NCBI GenBank assembly: GCA_963803435.1
Contig: CAWDML010000001.1
Span: forward strand, 224,001-288,000
Source of the DNA: an uncultured delta proteobacterium
GTDB lineage: Bacteria > Myxococcota > Kuafuiibacteriia > Kuafuiibacteriales > Kuafuiibacteriaceae
Direction: 5' to 3'
DNA: 64,000 nucleotides
Part shown: piece after piece, positions 39,676 through 50,317 of the stretch
Layout of the letters: each line of letters begins with the position of its first letter
How positions within the stretch are numbered: position 1 is the stretch's first letter
The notes under the pieces: generated by a model
What the model saw: the letters and a program-made list of their open reading frames with translations, nothing else
Database searches by the model: none
Told to the model about the DNA's origin: nothing
Program-made: the position numbers and the translations under genes

Positions 39676-41787
39676 GTGAACTTGGCCCGTCGATTCGTGG
39701 CCCGCCCCGTCAAACCCCTCGGTCTGGTGCTGCTCGCCCTCTCGACGGTCCCGCGGGACGCGCAGGCCGACGAGGGGATGTGGCCGTTCAACCGCGTGCC
39801 GATCGAGGCCATCCAGGCCCGACACCACGTCACGCTCGACGCGGCCTGGCTCGAGAAAGCCATGCGCGCCGGGGTCCGACTGAACGACCACGCCTCGGGG
39901 AGCTTCGTCTCGCCGTCGGGCCTCCTGCTCACCAACCATCACGTGGCCGCCGAGTGCATCCAGCAGCTCAGCGGCCAGGAGGGATCCGCGGACCTGATGA
40001 AGGACGGCTTCGTCGCGCAGGCGCGGGAACAAGAGCGGCGCTGCCCCGGCCTGGAGGTCGACGCGCTGCGATCGATCGAAGACGTGACCGAAGAGGTCGA
40101 GGCTGCCCGCGTCCACGGCCGCGCCACGGAACCGGCGCGCAACGCCGCGCGCAAGGCGGTGATGGCCAGGATCGAGAAGGCCTGCGCGCGAAAGACCGGG
40201 CTCCGCTGCGATGTGGTGACGCTCTACTCGGGCGGGGCCTACCACCTCTATCGCTACCAGAAGTACACGGACATCCGCCTGGTCTTCGCGCCCGAGCTCG
40301 AGGTTGCCTTCTTCGGAGGCGATCACGACAACTTCGACTACCCTCGCTTCTGTCTCGACGTCGCCCTCCTCCGCGCCTACCAGAACGACGCGCCCGCAAA
40401 GATCGACGACTACTTTCATCTCTCCAAGACCGGGGCCGCCGAGGGCGACAGCGTCTTCATCGCTGGGAACCCACGGGCTACCGATCGGTTCGTGCCGGTC
40501 TCGGAGCTGGAGCTGCTCAAGGACGTCGCCTACCCCTTCCTGCTGCAGCGACTTCGGTTCGAGCGGGACGCGCTCCGGGCCTACTCGGAGAAGAGCGCCG
40601 CGCACGCGAAAGCCGCGCGCCGCGAGCTGATGCGCACCGAGAACGCCCTCAAGGCATACACCGGCTACTTCGGGGGGCTGTCCGACCGGGCGCTCTTGGA
40701 CGAGGCCCGGAAGCGGGAGGTGCACCTGATCTCCGCGGTCCGAGCGCTGAAGAACAAGAAGAAGCGGGATCGACTCCTGGAGGCCTGGCCGGCGCTGGAG
40801 ACGGCGAACAAGAAGATGGGCGCGATCTACCGGGCCTACTCGATGCTCGAGAAGTGGCCCCCCGAAGCCTACCTGGCCCAGACCGCACGACATCTGCTGC
40901 GCCACGCCCAGGAGATGGAGAAGAAGAACGAGGTCCGGCTCAGCGAGTATCGCGACAGCAACCTGGAGAGCGTCGAGGCCTCGCTGTTCGCCTCACCGCC
41001 GATCGATCGCGACCTCGAGACCGAGCTGATGGTGATCGGGCTCGGGGACATCACCGCCGGGCTCGGCGCGAACGATCCGCTGATCAAGAAGATCCTGGGC
41101 AGCGACAGCGTCGAGGCCCGGGCGCGGCAGGCGGTCGAGGGCACGAAGCTCGGTGACGTCGAGGTGCGCAAGAAGCTCTGGCGCGGCGGCGCCAAGGCGA
41201 TCCGCGACGCAAGGGATCCGATGCTCGAGCTGGTCTCGACGTACGACGCACGGGCGCTGGCGCTGCGGCGGCAGTTCGAAGACGAGGTCGAGAGCGTCCA
41301 ACGCAAGTACTCGGGCCGGATCGCCGAGGCCTACACGGATGCGTTCGGCCGCTCCATCTACCCGAACGCCACCTTTACGCCCCGCTTCAACGACGGCCGG
41401 GTCGCCGGGTACTCAGCGGGTGGTCATCCGGTCGCGTGGCGCACGACGTTCGCGGGAATGTTCGCCAAGTACGACGAGGCCAAGGGCAAAGAGCCCTACA
41501 CGCTCCCCGAGCGCTGGCTTCACAAGAAGGCCAGCCTCGAGCTGGATACGCCGCTCGACTTCCTCACCACCAACGACATCATCGGAGGGAACTCGGGCAG
41601 CCCCATCCTCTCGGCGGACGGCAAGGTCGTCGGCGTGATCTTCGACGGCAACCTCCCCCAGCTGCCGAACCGGTTCCTCTATCGCGAAGAGCAAGCCCGG
41701 GCGATCGGAGTGCACGGGCGCGCCCTCCTGCACGCGCTGGACGCGGTGTACGAGGCCGGCGCCCTCGTTCAGGAGCTGACGCGGTAG
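39676..41787 (+). CDS. S46 family dipeptidyl peptidase, exported
   Basis: Signal peptide then DEGMWP; SFVS..GL.LTNHH, FGGD.DNF.YPR, GNP and DIIGGNSGSP..FDGN motifs. Confidence 0.93.
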   Translation: MNLARRFVARPVKPLGLVLLALSTVPRDAQADEGMWPFNRVPIEAIQARHHVTLDAAWLEKAMRAGVRLNDHASGSFVSPSGLLLTNHHVAAECIQQLSGQEGSADLMKDGFVAQAREQERRCPGLEVDALRSIEDVTEEVEAARVHGRATEPARNAARKAVMARIEKACARKTGLRCDVVTLYSGGAYHLYRYQKYTDIRLVFAPELEVAFFGGDHDNFDYPRFCLDVALLRAYQNDAPAKIDDYFHLSKTGAAEGDSVFIAGNPRATDRFVPVSELELLKDVAYPFLLQRLRFERDALRAYSEKSAAHAKAARRELMRTENALKAYTGYFGGLSDRALLDEARKREVHLISAVRALKNKKKRDRLLEAWPALETANKKMGAIYRAYSMLEKWPPEAYLAQTARHLLRHAQEMEKKNEVRLSEYRDSNLESVEASLFASPPIDRDLETELMVIGLGDITAGLGANDPLIKKILGSDSVEARARQAVEGTKLGDVEVRKKLWRGGAKAIRDARDPMLELVSTYDARALALRRQFEDEVESVQRKYSGRIAEAYTDAFGRSIYPNATFTPRFNDGRVAGYSAGGHPVAWRTTFAGMFAKYDEAKGKEPYTLPERWLHKKASLELDTPLDFLTTNDIIGGNSGSPILSADGKVVGVIFDGNLPQLPNRFLYREEQARAIGVHGRALLHALDAVYEAGALVQELTR

Positions 41788-42441
41788 CGCTTCGCGATCA
41801 GGACGCCCTCGCGCAGCGGTACCGCCACCGCCTCGAAGTCGGGGTCCTGGGCCAGCATCCGGTTGAGACCGTCGGCGCCCGCCCTCGACGCGTTCTTCTC
41901 GTCGTCGATCCACCACGAGCCAGCGCCGAGCACGTTATCGGCGATCAGGAGGCCGCCCGCGCGGATCATCGGGCGTGCGAGCCGGAAGTAGTCGGGGTAC
42001 TCGTCCTTGATCGCGTCGACGAAGAGGAGATCGATCGACTCGGGCCCCAGCTCCTCCATCAGCTGGGGCAGCACCTCCAGCCCGTAGCCGCGGCGGATGT
42101 CGACCTTGCCGGCGACCCCCGCTCGCTCCAGCTGCTCCTGTGCAAAGTCGGCATGGAGCGGCATCGGCTCGATGGTGGTCAGGTGCCCCGTCGGTGCCAG
42201 GCCACGAGCGATCCAGAATCGCGGAGAAACCGCCCAGCGTCCCGACCTCCACCGCCCGCTCGCCTCGGGTCATCGAGGCCAGCATCATCAGCAGCCGGCC
42301 CACATCGGGTGAGACGGCGATGTCGGGAAGTCCGCGCGCCACTCCTTCCTCCATCAGGTGTTCGAGATGCGAGTCGCTCTGGCCGAACACGTTGCGAAGA
42401 TATTCAGCGGTGTAGCGCCACCGCGCCGGCGTCATCTCCAT
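41769..42441 (-). CDS. Cation-dependent O-methyltransferase (COMT/CCoAOMT-like); frameshift near 42218
   Basis: EVGTLGGFS, then after deleting one base at GAATC 42216-42220 AIWIARGL..G.L.TIE, DLLFVDAIK..Y and GG..IADN. Confidence 0.87.
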
Positions 42442-42522
42442 CGGCACGATGATGCCCGACCCTGCGCCGGGGGGCGACAGCTTCCTTGGCGGCGGCCCTG
42501 GGAGTTACGCTGTTTTGGTCCC

Positions 42523-43869
42523 GTGGAGGACCTGTTGCTCTTCATGTTCGGGATCGTCCCGGCGCTGTGTGGCCCGCTGCTGCTCCTCGTGGTGCGGGAC
42601 AAGCTGGTGCAGCGCTCGTGGCGCCGCTCCGCCACCCAGCTGGAGCTGGGCTTCAGCGCCGGGCCTCTGATGGGCGGTGACCGGATGGACGGGACGCTCA
42701 GCGGCCATCGCGTCGTCATCACCAACGAGCTGCGCCGCACCACGCGCGTCCTGCTCGACGCCAGCCGCGCCATTCCGGCCGAGATCCAGCTGAGCCTCAA
42801 GGCGTGGGGCTTCATCCGCGCGGAGGAATCGCTGGCCACCGGAGACGAGGACTTCGATCGGACCGTCTTCGCCACCGGTCCGCGCGCGGAGCTGCTGGCG
42901 CGGCTCAACAGCGAGACCCGCACGATCGTTCGCGACGCCATCACTGCACCGCCAGGACGTTTCACCGCGCAGCTCGAGATCGCGAACGGATGGATCATCT
43001 ACACGGCGCCGGGCGTGCTGGTGAAGATGAAGAACCTCAAGTGCATCATCCTCACGCTGGTACGCGTCGCGGAGGCGATGGCGCTGCACGACTCGGTCCC
43101 GGCAGCCCTGCGAGACAACGCCTGCTCCACGCACGAAGCCGCTTCGGTACGCCTGAAGAACCTTCGCGCGCTGATCGAGCACTACGCCGACAGCTCGGAG
43201 ACCACCGACGCGTGCCGGACCGCTCTGCGCGCCCGGAGCTGGTCGCTCAGGTTGGCCGGAGCTCGGTACCTCGACCGCTCCCGAGAAGGGATCAACACGC
43301 TGCTCTCGATCATGCGCAGCCCGGAGGCGCCTCCGAGGGCGCGCGTGCGGGCACTCCGGCATCTCATCGGTCTCCAAGGCCGACTCCCCCCGGACAGCGA
43401 CGTCATCGCGATCTCCCGCGCGCCCACGCCCGAGCTGCGGGTGGCGGCCGCCGAGGTGCTCGGCCTCCGCCGATCCGATCTTGCGATCGATCGGTTGCTC
43501 GAGATGGTGCGCGATCCGCGGTTCGAGGTGGTCGAGCGCGTCGCGGCGCACCTGGCCGCCATCCCGGACGAACGGTGCGAGCGCGCGCTCATCGCGCTGC
43601 TCGAGCACGACATGATCGAGGTCCGCCGCGCCGCCGCCCGTGGGCTCGAGCAGGTCGGCTCCGTGAACGCGGTCGAGCCCCTGATGGCGTCGACACGCGG
43701 CGTGCTGACCGACATCGAGCTGAAGGCGATCGCCCGCCGCACCATCGCCCGGATCCAGGGTCGCCTGATCGGCGCGGATACCGGACACCTCTCGCTGGCC
43801 GAGCGCGACGCGCAGGGCTCGGTCAGCTTCGCCCGCAGCGAGGGTGGCCTCAGCCTGAAGGAAGGGTAG
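42523..43869 (+). CDS. Membrane-anchored HEAT-repeat protein
   Basis: N-terminal transmembrane helix; TGD.DFD; repeated LRVAAAEVLG / VRRAAARGL HEAT units; G.LSL tail. Confidence 0.75.
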   Translation: MEDLLLFMFGIVPALCGPLLLLVVRDKLVQRSWRRSATQLELGFSAGPLMGGDRMDGTLSGHRVVITNELRRTTRVLLDASRAIPAEIQLSLKAWGFIRAEESLATGDEDFDRTVFATGPRAELLARLNSETRTIVRDAITAPPGRFTAQLEIANGWIIYTAPGVLVKMKNLKCIILTLVRVAEAMALHDSVPAALRDNACSTHEAASVRLKNLRALIEHYADSSETTDACRTALRARSWSLRLAGARYLDRSREGINTLLSIMRSPEAPPRARVRALRHLIGLQGRLPPDSDVIAISRAPTPELRVAAAEVLGLRRSDLAIDRLLEMVRDPRFEVVERVAAHLAAIPDERCERALIALLEHDMIEVRRAAARGLEQVGSVNAVEPLMASTRGVLTDIELKAIARRTIARIQGRLIGADTGHLSLAERDAQGSVSFARSEGGLSLKEG

Positions 43870-43881
43870 CGCTCCGCGCGG

Positions 43882-44325
43882 ATGTCACCTCGAGTTCACC
43901 CGCCCGACCGGCGAGCTGGGACCTGCCGGACATCTTTCACCAGCGGCTCGGTCGAGAAGCCGGGCGCCCCGAGCGAACGGCGCTCCTCTTCTGGCGCAAC
44001 GCCGCCGGGGCCTGGAGATCGGTGGCGCCCGGGACGGTCGGCCTGCCCGGCCTCAAGGCCCTGCTCGATCCCTACGCTACCTGCGTCGCTCTTCGAGATC
44101 CTACGCGCCATCAACCCGGTTCGGCGCGCGCTCCACAACTTGCAAGCCGCGTTGCAATACGCCCGCGAGCACGTCGGGCACGACCAGGAGCTGATCAGCC
44201 TGCGCGACCGGGCGATCGACATTTCCCGCGCTGCTGATCTGCTGGCGGAGGACTCGCGGATCGCGATGGCGTACGAGCTCGCCAGGGTCGAGCTGGTGCT
44301 GCGGTCGCGGGTGAGCCGAGAGTAG
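43882..44325 (+). pseudogene. Degenerate fragment of a CorA-like/hypothetical gene
   Basis: Protein-like blocks sit in two frames (WDLPDIFHQRLGREAGR..LFWR and FEILRAINPVRRALHNLQAALQ.AR..LRDRA); no clear start and no transmembrane C-terminus. Confidence 0.4.
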
Positions 44326-44408
44326 CTCTCAGATCGCCAGGCGCAGATCCGTGAAGTGCGGAGACTCGGCCGGCACCGGATCGACCAGGCCCGGGGACGG
44401 GAGGCGGC

Positions 44409-45360
44409 TCAGCGCCAGGAGAGGCGTTGCTCGATGCGGGCCGCGAGCTTCGGGTCGATCCGATCCTTCACACCCGCCAGCTCGGCGCGCGTGGTCGGGT
44501 GGTGGATCTGCACGATCGTCTCCACCAGCGCGTCCGCGTGGGCCGCCGCGTCGGGCGCGGCGAGCATCTGGATCAGCGCGTGGCTGGCGGCGGCCTGGAT
44601 GGCGTCCTGGTCCGGGTTCGCCTCGCGGCGCAGGACGAACGGGCTCCCCGAGGCGCCGAGCGCGCGGATCGCCGCCAGGCGCAGCGCCGGATCGCCAGCG
44701 GCGTCGATGATTGACTTCACCGCCGTCCGGGTGCGGAGCTGGCCGAGCCCCTGAACCGCGCCGGTCCGCAGCTCGACCGCCGGCGCAGTGAGAAGCGCGT
44801 TCAACGTCCCCTCCGAGCGGAGGCTCGAGGCGGCCAGACCGCGGAGCCCGATCCCGGAAGTGGTCGTCGCCCACCACGCGCTCGAGCGCGCGCTGGGCCG
44901 CCGGGTGCGACGAAGCGCCGAGCGCCACCACCACCGCGTCCTCGAGGGCGACGCGCTCGGCCGTCGTGGAGACCGGATAGCGGTCCATCGTCTTCAAGAG
45001 CAGCTCGAACAGGATCGGCCCGACGTCGAGCCGCACCAGCTCACGACCCGCCTCCGGGTCGGGACGGCGGCGCTTCAGATAGTGCGCGGAGTCGAGCCCC
45101 TCGAGCGCGTAGGCCCGCTCGGCGTCCACACGTCGCGTCATCCAGAAGTAGGCGGCGTCGGCGATGACGTCGCTCTGCCAGGAGTCGCGATCGTAGCGGC
45201 TGGCCGCGCAGCGCGCAGCGAGCTCGGCGGGCGAGCCCTGCTCGAGGAGGTGGGCCCGAGCCGCCTCGTACTCGGCGCCGGTGGCCCGCTCCATCGTTTG
45301 CAAGGCGTCCTGCGTCGGCGACGCCAGCGCCAGCAACAACAACATCGGCTCCATCGCCAT
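44409..45360 (-). CDS. Exported HEAT-repeat protein; frameshift near 44855
   Basis: ATG 45360 overlaps the PAD stop (TGATG); short signal MLLLLALASP; HEAT units LRTGAVQGLGQL and LRLAAIRALG in ORF 44409..44804. Confidence 0.65.
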
Positions 45361-47622
45361 CACTCCTTCTCCCACCAGAGCTGCGAGTAGGGCGCATGCT
45401 CGATTCTCGGTACCGCAGTGCGCCTCGCCGAGGTTCACGTGGTAGCTCTCGTATACGTCGACGAAGGCCACGTGGAGGCCGAGCGCCTCGAGCGGGCAGT
45501 CGCGTGTCGGTCTGCCAGGCGTCCTCACCGGACTCGTCCGGTCCCTCGGGATCGGGCACCAGCAGCGTATCGCGCAGCGTGACCAGGTTCTGGATGCCCG
45601 GGTTGTAAGCGACGGCGTAGTCCGCGTCGAAGTCGCGGATCACCTCGTAAAGGACGGGGACCTCGATGATGTCGGCCGCGTCGAGCCCGAGCTCGCTGAC
45701 CAGCTTCTCGCGGACCGTGTCGATCCGCATCTGCGCCGACTCGTTGTACGACATCCGCGCCGCGCTGTTGAGGATCGCGCTGACCGTGGTCTGCTCCTGC
45801 CGGCCGGCGAAGATCGGCTGAGAGCCGAGCCCGGCCGCCTCCAGCCGCTCGAGGGTCTGGACCGCCAGCGCCGGGGACGCGATCACCAGCGCGAAGTCCT
45901 TGCCGTTGCTCCGGCTCGGATCCGGGACGAACTGGAAGATCTCGTCGAGGTGGCCGACGTACAGCCACTCGCTGGTCAGCTCGATCGGGGGCCCCTGGAT
46001 CTGGGCGCCGAGGAAGGAACGCTGTGCCAGCGACATGTGGTCCTCGTACGGGATCCCCATCAGCGTACCGCCCGCGCCACCGCCGAACATGATCCGACCG
46101 TACGGATAGTCGGTCCCGTTCGACGAGTGGGGCGGCGCGACCTCGAGGTTGCCGCCGTAGTTGAGCGAGGTCTCGCCGCCGCCCGGATAGATATAGCCGT
46201 AGTCCGCCGCCGACCCGCTCCCGCGTCACGAAGTACTCGAGCCCGTCGGCGCCGGTGGGGCGCGAGGTCTCCATGTATGTCTGCAGCGAGTGCAGCCCGT
46301 CGGGCGTCGGCAGCACCTGGTAGCCGGTCTGCATGTTGTCCTGCACCCAGCGGTCCGCGTAGTAGCGATACTGATCGACGTCGTAGAGATCCACGCCCTC
46401 CGGCAGCTCGTCCTGACGATCACGCTGTAGAACTCGAGGTTTTCGCCGAGTTGCCGATCCGAGATGTGCATGACGTAGAGGATCTGGGCGGGCTGCAGGT
46501 TGTCGGGGAACAGCACCGGCGCCACCCGCATCATCACCGCGTCCGTCGCCGGCTCCTCGCCTGGCCGCGCGATGGCGAGCGTGAGCTCCAGCGTGCCGTC
46601 CCAGTTCGCCAACCGCGCTGCTGGTGCCCTCGACGAACAGGTGGACCTCGCCGGCCGCCACCCGGGACGGGTCGATGCTCGCCTCGGAGTCGGTCGGCGC
46701 CAGCAGCTCCGTCAGCGCGCCGTCGGTCTCGATGAACACGCGCGGCGTGTCCTGCGCCGGCCCCACCGAGAGCGTCACCGTGGCGTCGCTCGGGGAGATC
46801 GGGATACGCGCCGATGGTGAGGGGCGCCAGGTCCGCCATGTCCTCGAGGCCCGACACCACGCTGTCCCGCCAGTCCTGCGCGCCGTCGCCGTCGTCATCG
46901 TCGACGTTGGCGAGGAAGATCGCGCCGCCCGCCGGGGAGAACGCGTCCTCGAGGGCGTCGTCGGCGTCGGTGATGGTGCCGTCGCGATCGGTGTCGACGT
47001 CGAGGTCGGGCCCCGGGAGGATTGTGAGCGCGGGACCCGATCCCTGGCCCACACCACCGCGCCAATCACGCACCTCGACCTTCGGCGTGAACGTGCCGGC
47101 GACCGAGTAGGCGTGCGGGGTCGGCCCCACCGGCGCGAACTCGGTGTCGAACGTGCCGTCCCCGTCGAAGTCGAAGCGGGACTCGAGCGGGTTCGGCTCC
47201 CCGTCCGGATCGACGCTCGCGCTGGCGTCGAGCGTGACCTCCAGCGGCTGCCGTCCGGTCAGCGGCGACACGTCGAGCTTCACGACCGGCGGCTGATTCT
47301 CGCGGACCGAGATGGCCACCGAGGCGATCGCCGTGTGCTTGCCGTCCGAGATCTCGACCCGGGCCTGCACCGCGCCGGCGGCCGCGTATTCGTGCTCGAT
47401 CTGCGGGTCGCTGCTCGGGTCGGTGTCGAACGTGCCGTCGCCGTCCAGGTCGAATCGATACCGGGCTTCGGCGGTCTCGAGCGGGAGGGGGCTCGCCGTC
47501 AGGCGCACCGTCAACGGCGCGATGCCGTCGGCAGGCTCGGCGGTCATCGACACACCGAGCTCGTCGCCACATCCGAACGCGAGGAGGCACAACCACGGGC
47601 TCAGCCTCAAAGGGGCTCTCAT
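45360..47622 (-). CDS. Lipoprotein with two PKD domains and a protein-arginine deiminase (PAD) domain; about six frameshifts
   Basis: LAFGC lipobox; two PKD units (FDLDGDGTFD, FDFDGDGTFD). Stitched frames give LANVDDD, DRWVQD, LNYGGNLEV.PP, YPYGRI, WLYVGHLDE and YH...GEAHCGT...WWE. Confidence 0.82.
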
Positions 47623-47901
47623 GGCGGGAAGTCTCGCCTTTTGGGCGATCGCGGACGTCGGACGAGCAACCGCCCTGGGGATGCCCCTCAACGCGGGTCG
47701 GCAAGACAGGCCCACCGCGACGGCCCGGCGCACCCTCGGGCTCCAGGGCCTCGACCCGCTCGAGATCGATCGCCGCCGGGAGGCGTGGGCAGACGCGTGC
47801 GCGAGTCGGGAACGCGGGTGATCGCCGGGCGCCGAAACCATAATCGTTCTGCAGGGGCGTGGAAGCTGCGAGTGCGCAGGACCGCCAGGAGGCCAACATC
47901 G

Positions 47902-48189
47902 ATGGGATTCTTCTCAGATCTCGGAAACGGTATCGCCAGCGTCGTCCAAGCCCCCTTCGAGGCGGTGGGCGGGCTCGTCAAAGGCGTCGGCGAGGGCGTC
48001 GGCGCCATCCTGAACGGCGCCTCGCAGTGTCCGCAGACCGCGCCCCAGTACGCGGGCAGCTGCGCCGCCCAGTGCCAGGGTCAGGACCCGATGATGGCGA
48101 TGCAGATGCTCGCGCTGCAGAACGCGATGCTCACCAACATGATGCTGTTTCGCAGCCTTTACTCCCCGTGCCTCGGCGGCGGCATGTAG
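47902..48189 (+). CDS. Small 95-aa protein with a Gly-rich amphipathic N-terminus
   Basis: AGGAGG ribosome-binding site near 47887; MGFFSDLGNGIASVVQAPFEAVGGLVKGVGEGVGAILNG followed by a Cys/Gln/Met-rich tail. Confidence 0.65.
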   Translation: MGFFSDLGNGIASVVQAPFEAVGGLVKGVGEGVGAILNGASQCPQTAPQYAGSCAAQCQGQDPMMAMQMLALQNAMLTNMMLFRSLYSPCLGGGM

Positions 48190-48198
48190 CGAGGTACC

Positions 48199-48537
48199 AT
48201 GAGCGCTGACCAGCTCCACCCGATCGCCCTCGAGGCGAGCATGTGCTTTCTCAAGGACGCGCGCGGCTTCAGTGAGGCGTCGATCGCGAAGATCGCGGCG
48301 AGCCTGGAGTCGCTCCGCGGTCAGCCGGAGCTCGGTCCGGCGGTCGCGTCGCTGATCCAGGTGGCGCAGCACCTCGAGACCGTCGAGAAGGCCAGGCCCG
48401 CGGCGCTGGCGCTGATGCGCGTGGCGATGTCGCAGACCGGGGCGCTCGAGGCGGTCAACCGGAAGGCGCAGCTCGCCGGTGAGGACGTGGCCCGGCGCAA
48501 GCGGCAGGAGTTCGCGAAGTTCTCCGGCCAGCGCTGA
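48199..48537 (+). CDS. Small helical hypothetical protein
   Basis: GAGG ribosome-binding site; 9 bp after the upstream stop; GC3-rich codons. Confidence 0.65.
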   Translation: MSADQLHPIALEASMCFLKDARGFSEASIAKIAASLESLRGQPELGPAVASLIQVAQHLETVEKARPAALALMRVAMSQTGALEAVNRKAQLAGEDVARRKRQEFAKFSGQR

Positions 48538-48540
48538 GGA

Positions 48541-49432
48541 TCAGCGCGTGCGCCGCATCTGCAGATCGGCGTAGATCAGCTCGACGAACGCGTCGGCCTT
48601 GATGAAACCGCCGCCCCAGGTCGACGCCCACTTGGCGAGCGGCTTGTCCTTCTTGATCGCCTCGAGCGACTTCCCCTTCTTCACGAGGCTCTCGACGGCC
48701 GCCACCATCTCTTTCAGCGCCGCCGCGAACTTCTTCACGTCGTCGACGGTGGAGGGTGTGCCGTGGCCGGGGATGACCTTCGCGTCCTTCGGGAGCTGCG
48801 GAATGATCGTCTCCAGATCCGCGACCAGCCCGACAACGCTCCCGCCGCTGGCGACGTCCACGAACGGGAAGCCGTAGGTGACGAAGTCGTCGCCCATGTG
48901 CACGACGTTCGACTGGGTGAAGATGACGACGCTGTCGCCGTCGGTGTGGCCCGGCGGCAGGTGGATCACGCGGATGTCCTCGCCGTTGAGGTGGACCGTG
49001 AGGCCGTCCGCGTAGGTGATCACGGGGAGCGCGACCGCCTTTGCCGGCGGGGTCGCCGGAAGATCGCGGCCGCCCACCTTCCGCGCCGCCATCCCCTCCT
49101 TCAGCCGCTTGCGCACGTTCTCGTGCGCGACGATGGTGGCCTCGGCGCCGAATCTTCTGGTTCCCGCCGGTGTGGTCGCCGTGCCAATGCGTGTTGATCA
49201 CGAACCGCACGGGCCCGGGCGCGATGCTCTTGATCGCGGCGCGGATCTTCGGGGCGAGCGGTGCGAACTGATCGTCGATCATGACGATCCCGTCCTTGCC
49301 CACGGACACGGCGATGTTCCCGCCGGCCCCCACCAGGAGATAGACCGAGCCGGCGACCGGGAAGGCCTCGATCTCCACCTTGTCGAAGCTCTGCTGGCCG
49401 ATCAGCAGCGCGAGCAGCGCGATCGCGTTCAT
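48541..49432 (-). CDS. Exported MBL-fold metallo-hydrolase (cyclase/glyoxalase II-like); frameshift near 49152
   Basis: GAGGNI, IDDQF and NTHWHGDHTGGN, then GHTDGD, HMGD and VIPGHG in ORF 48541..49116; break at GAATC 49150-49154. Confidence 0.9.
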
Positions 49433-50268
49433 GTGAGGCTCCCCTCTGTCAGCTTTCGGTACGCCCCCAGCACGCGGAGCGCCTCCTGGTGGCGTGAGAG
49501 GCGCTCGAGCAACCGGGCCAGGTTGTAGTAGGCGTCCTTGAACAGCGGCTCGGTCCGGATCGCGCGCTCATACGCGGTCACCGCCTCCTCGGAGCGACCC
49601 TGATCGTCGAGGACCACGCCCAGGTTGAAGATGGCGGTGGCGTCCTCGGGCCGCGCGATCATCGCCATCCGGTAGTGGGCCTCGGCCGCGCCCAGCTCCC
49701 CGGACTGGTGCAATAGGCGACCGAGGTTGAGCCGGACCTCCCGGAACTCGGGCTCGAGCTCGAGGGCACGGCGGTAGGCGTCCCGGGCCTGCTTGGGCGC
49801 ACCCGTCTCCAGCTCGCACCCCAGCTCGAACCAATCTTCGGCGGTCATCTCGGCGTCGACCGGATCGGCCGTCGGGAGCTTCGGGATCAAGCGGGTCGGA
49901 GCTCGGATCTCGCCCCGATCCCCGAACGCGAAGACCGACTGGCCCGACTCGGGGATCCAGATCCGGTCGCCGTCCTTCGCGACCACGGCATCGCCGACGG
50001 CCTCGAGGTCGACGCTGGTGATCGGCTGATCCTGCGGAAGCTGCCGTTTGAGCTCGCTGAGCGCGTTCCGGACCCGAACGGCCGGCACGCGCTTGTCGAG
50101 CAGCCCCTTCGCCGTCCGGAGCATGACGAGGTCCCTGAACGAGAACCGATACTCGCCGCGCTCTCCCCTCTCGGGATCGAGGAAACCGGCGCGAACGAAG
50201 GATCGGATCTGTCCGACCGATAGGTCGAGGAGCCCCGAAGCCTCTCGCGACGTGTATCCGCTCCCCAT
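49429..50268 (-). CDS. MerR-type HTH plus TPR protein
   Basis: Y..REA..LL.LS..QIR.....G.L.P....GEYRFSF.DL MerR pattern; four C-terminal TPRs (NLG..L...G...A). Confidence 0.82.
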   Translation of the reverse strand: MGSGYTSREASGLLDLSVGQIRSFVRAGFLDPERGERGEYRFSFRDLVMLRTAKGLLDKRVPAVRVRNALSELKRQLPQDQPITSVDLEAVGDAVVAKDGDRIWIPESGQSVFAFGDRGEIRAPTRLIPKLPTADPVDAEMTAEDWFELGCELETGAPKQARDAYRRALELEPEFREVRLNLGRLLHQSGELGAAEAHYRMAMIARPEDATAIFNLGVVLDDQGRSEEAVTAYERAIRTEPLFKDAYYNLARLLERLSRHQEALRVLGAYRKLTEGSLT

Positions 50269-50317
50269 CCGCGCGCCGCGGAGATCAGAGCAGGATGCGA
50301 TCGCGACTGCAACGATC

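Noticed and set aside
48541-49432. Metallo-beta-lactamase resistance gene
   Set aside because: HxHxDH with GHTDGD/HMGD fits the widespread cyclase/glyoxalase II-like group, and the B1 Cys ligand is absent.
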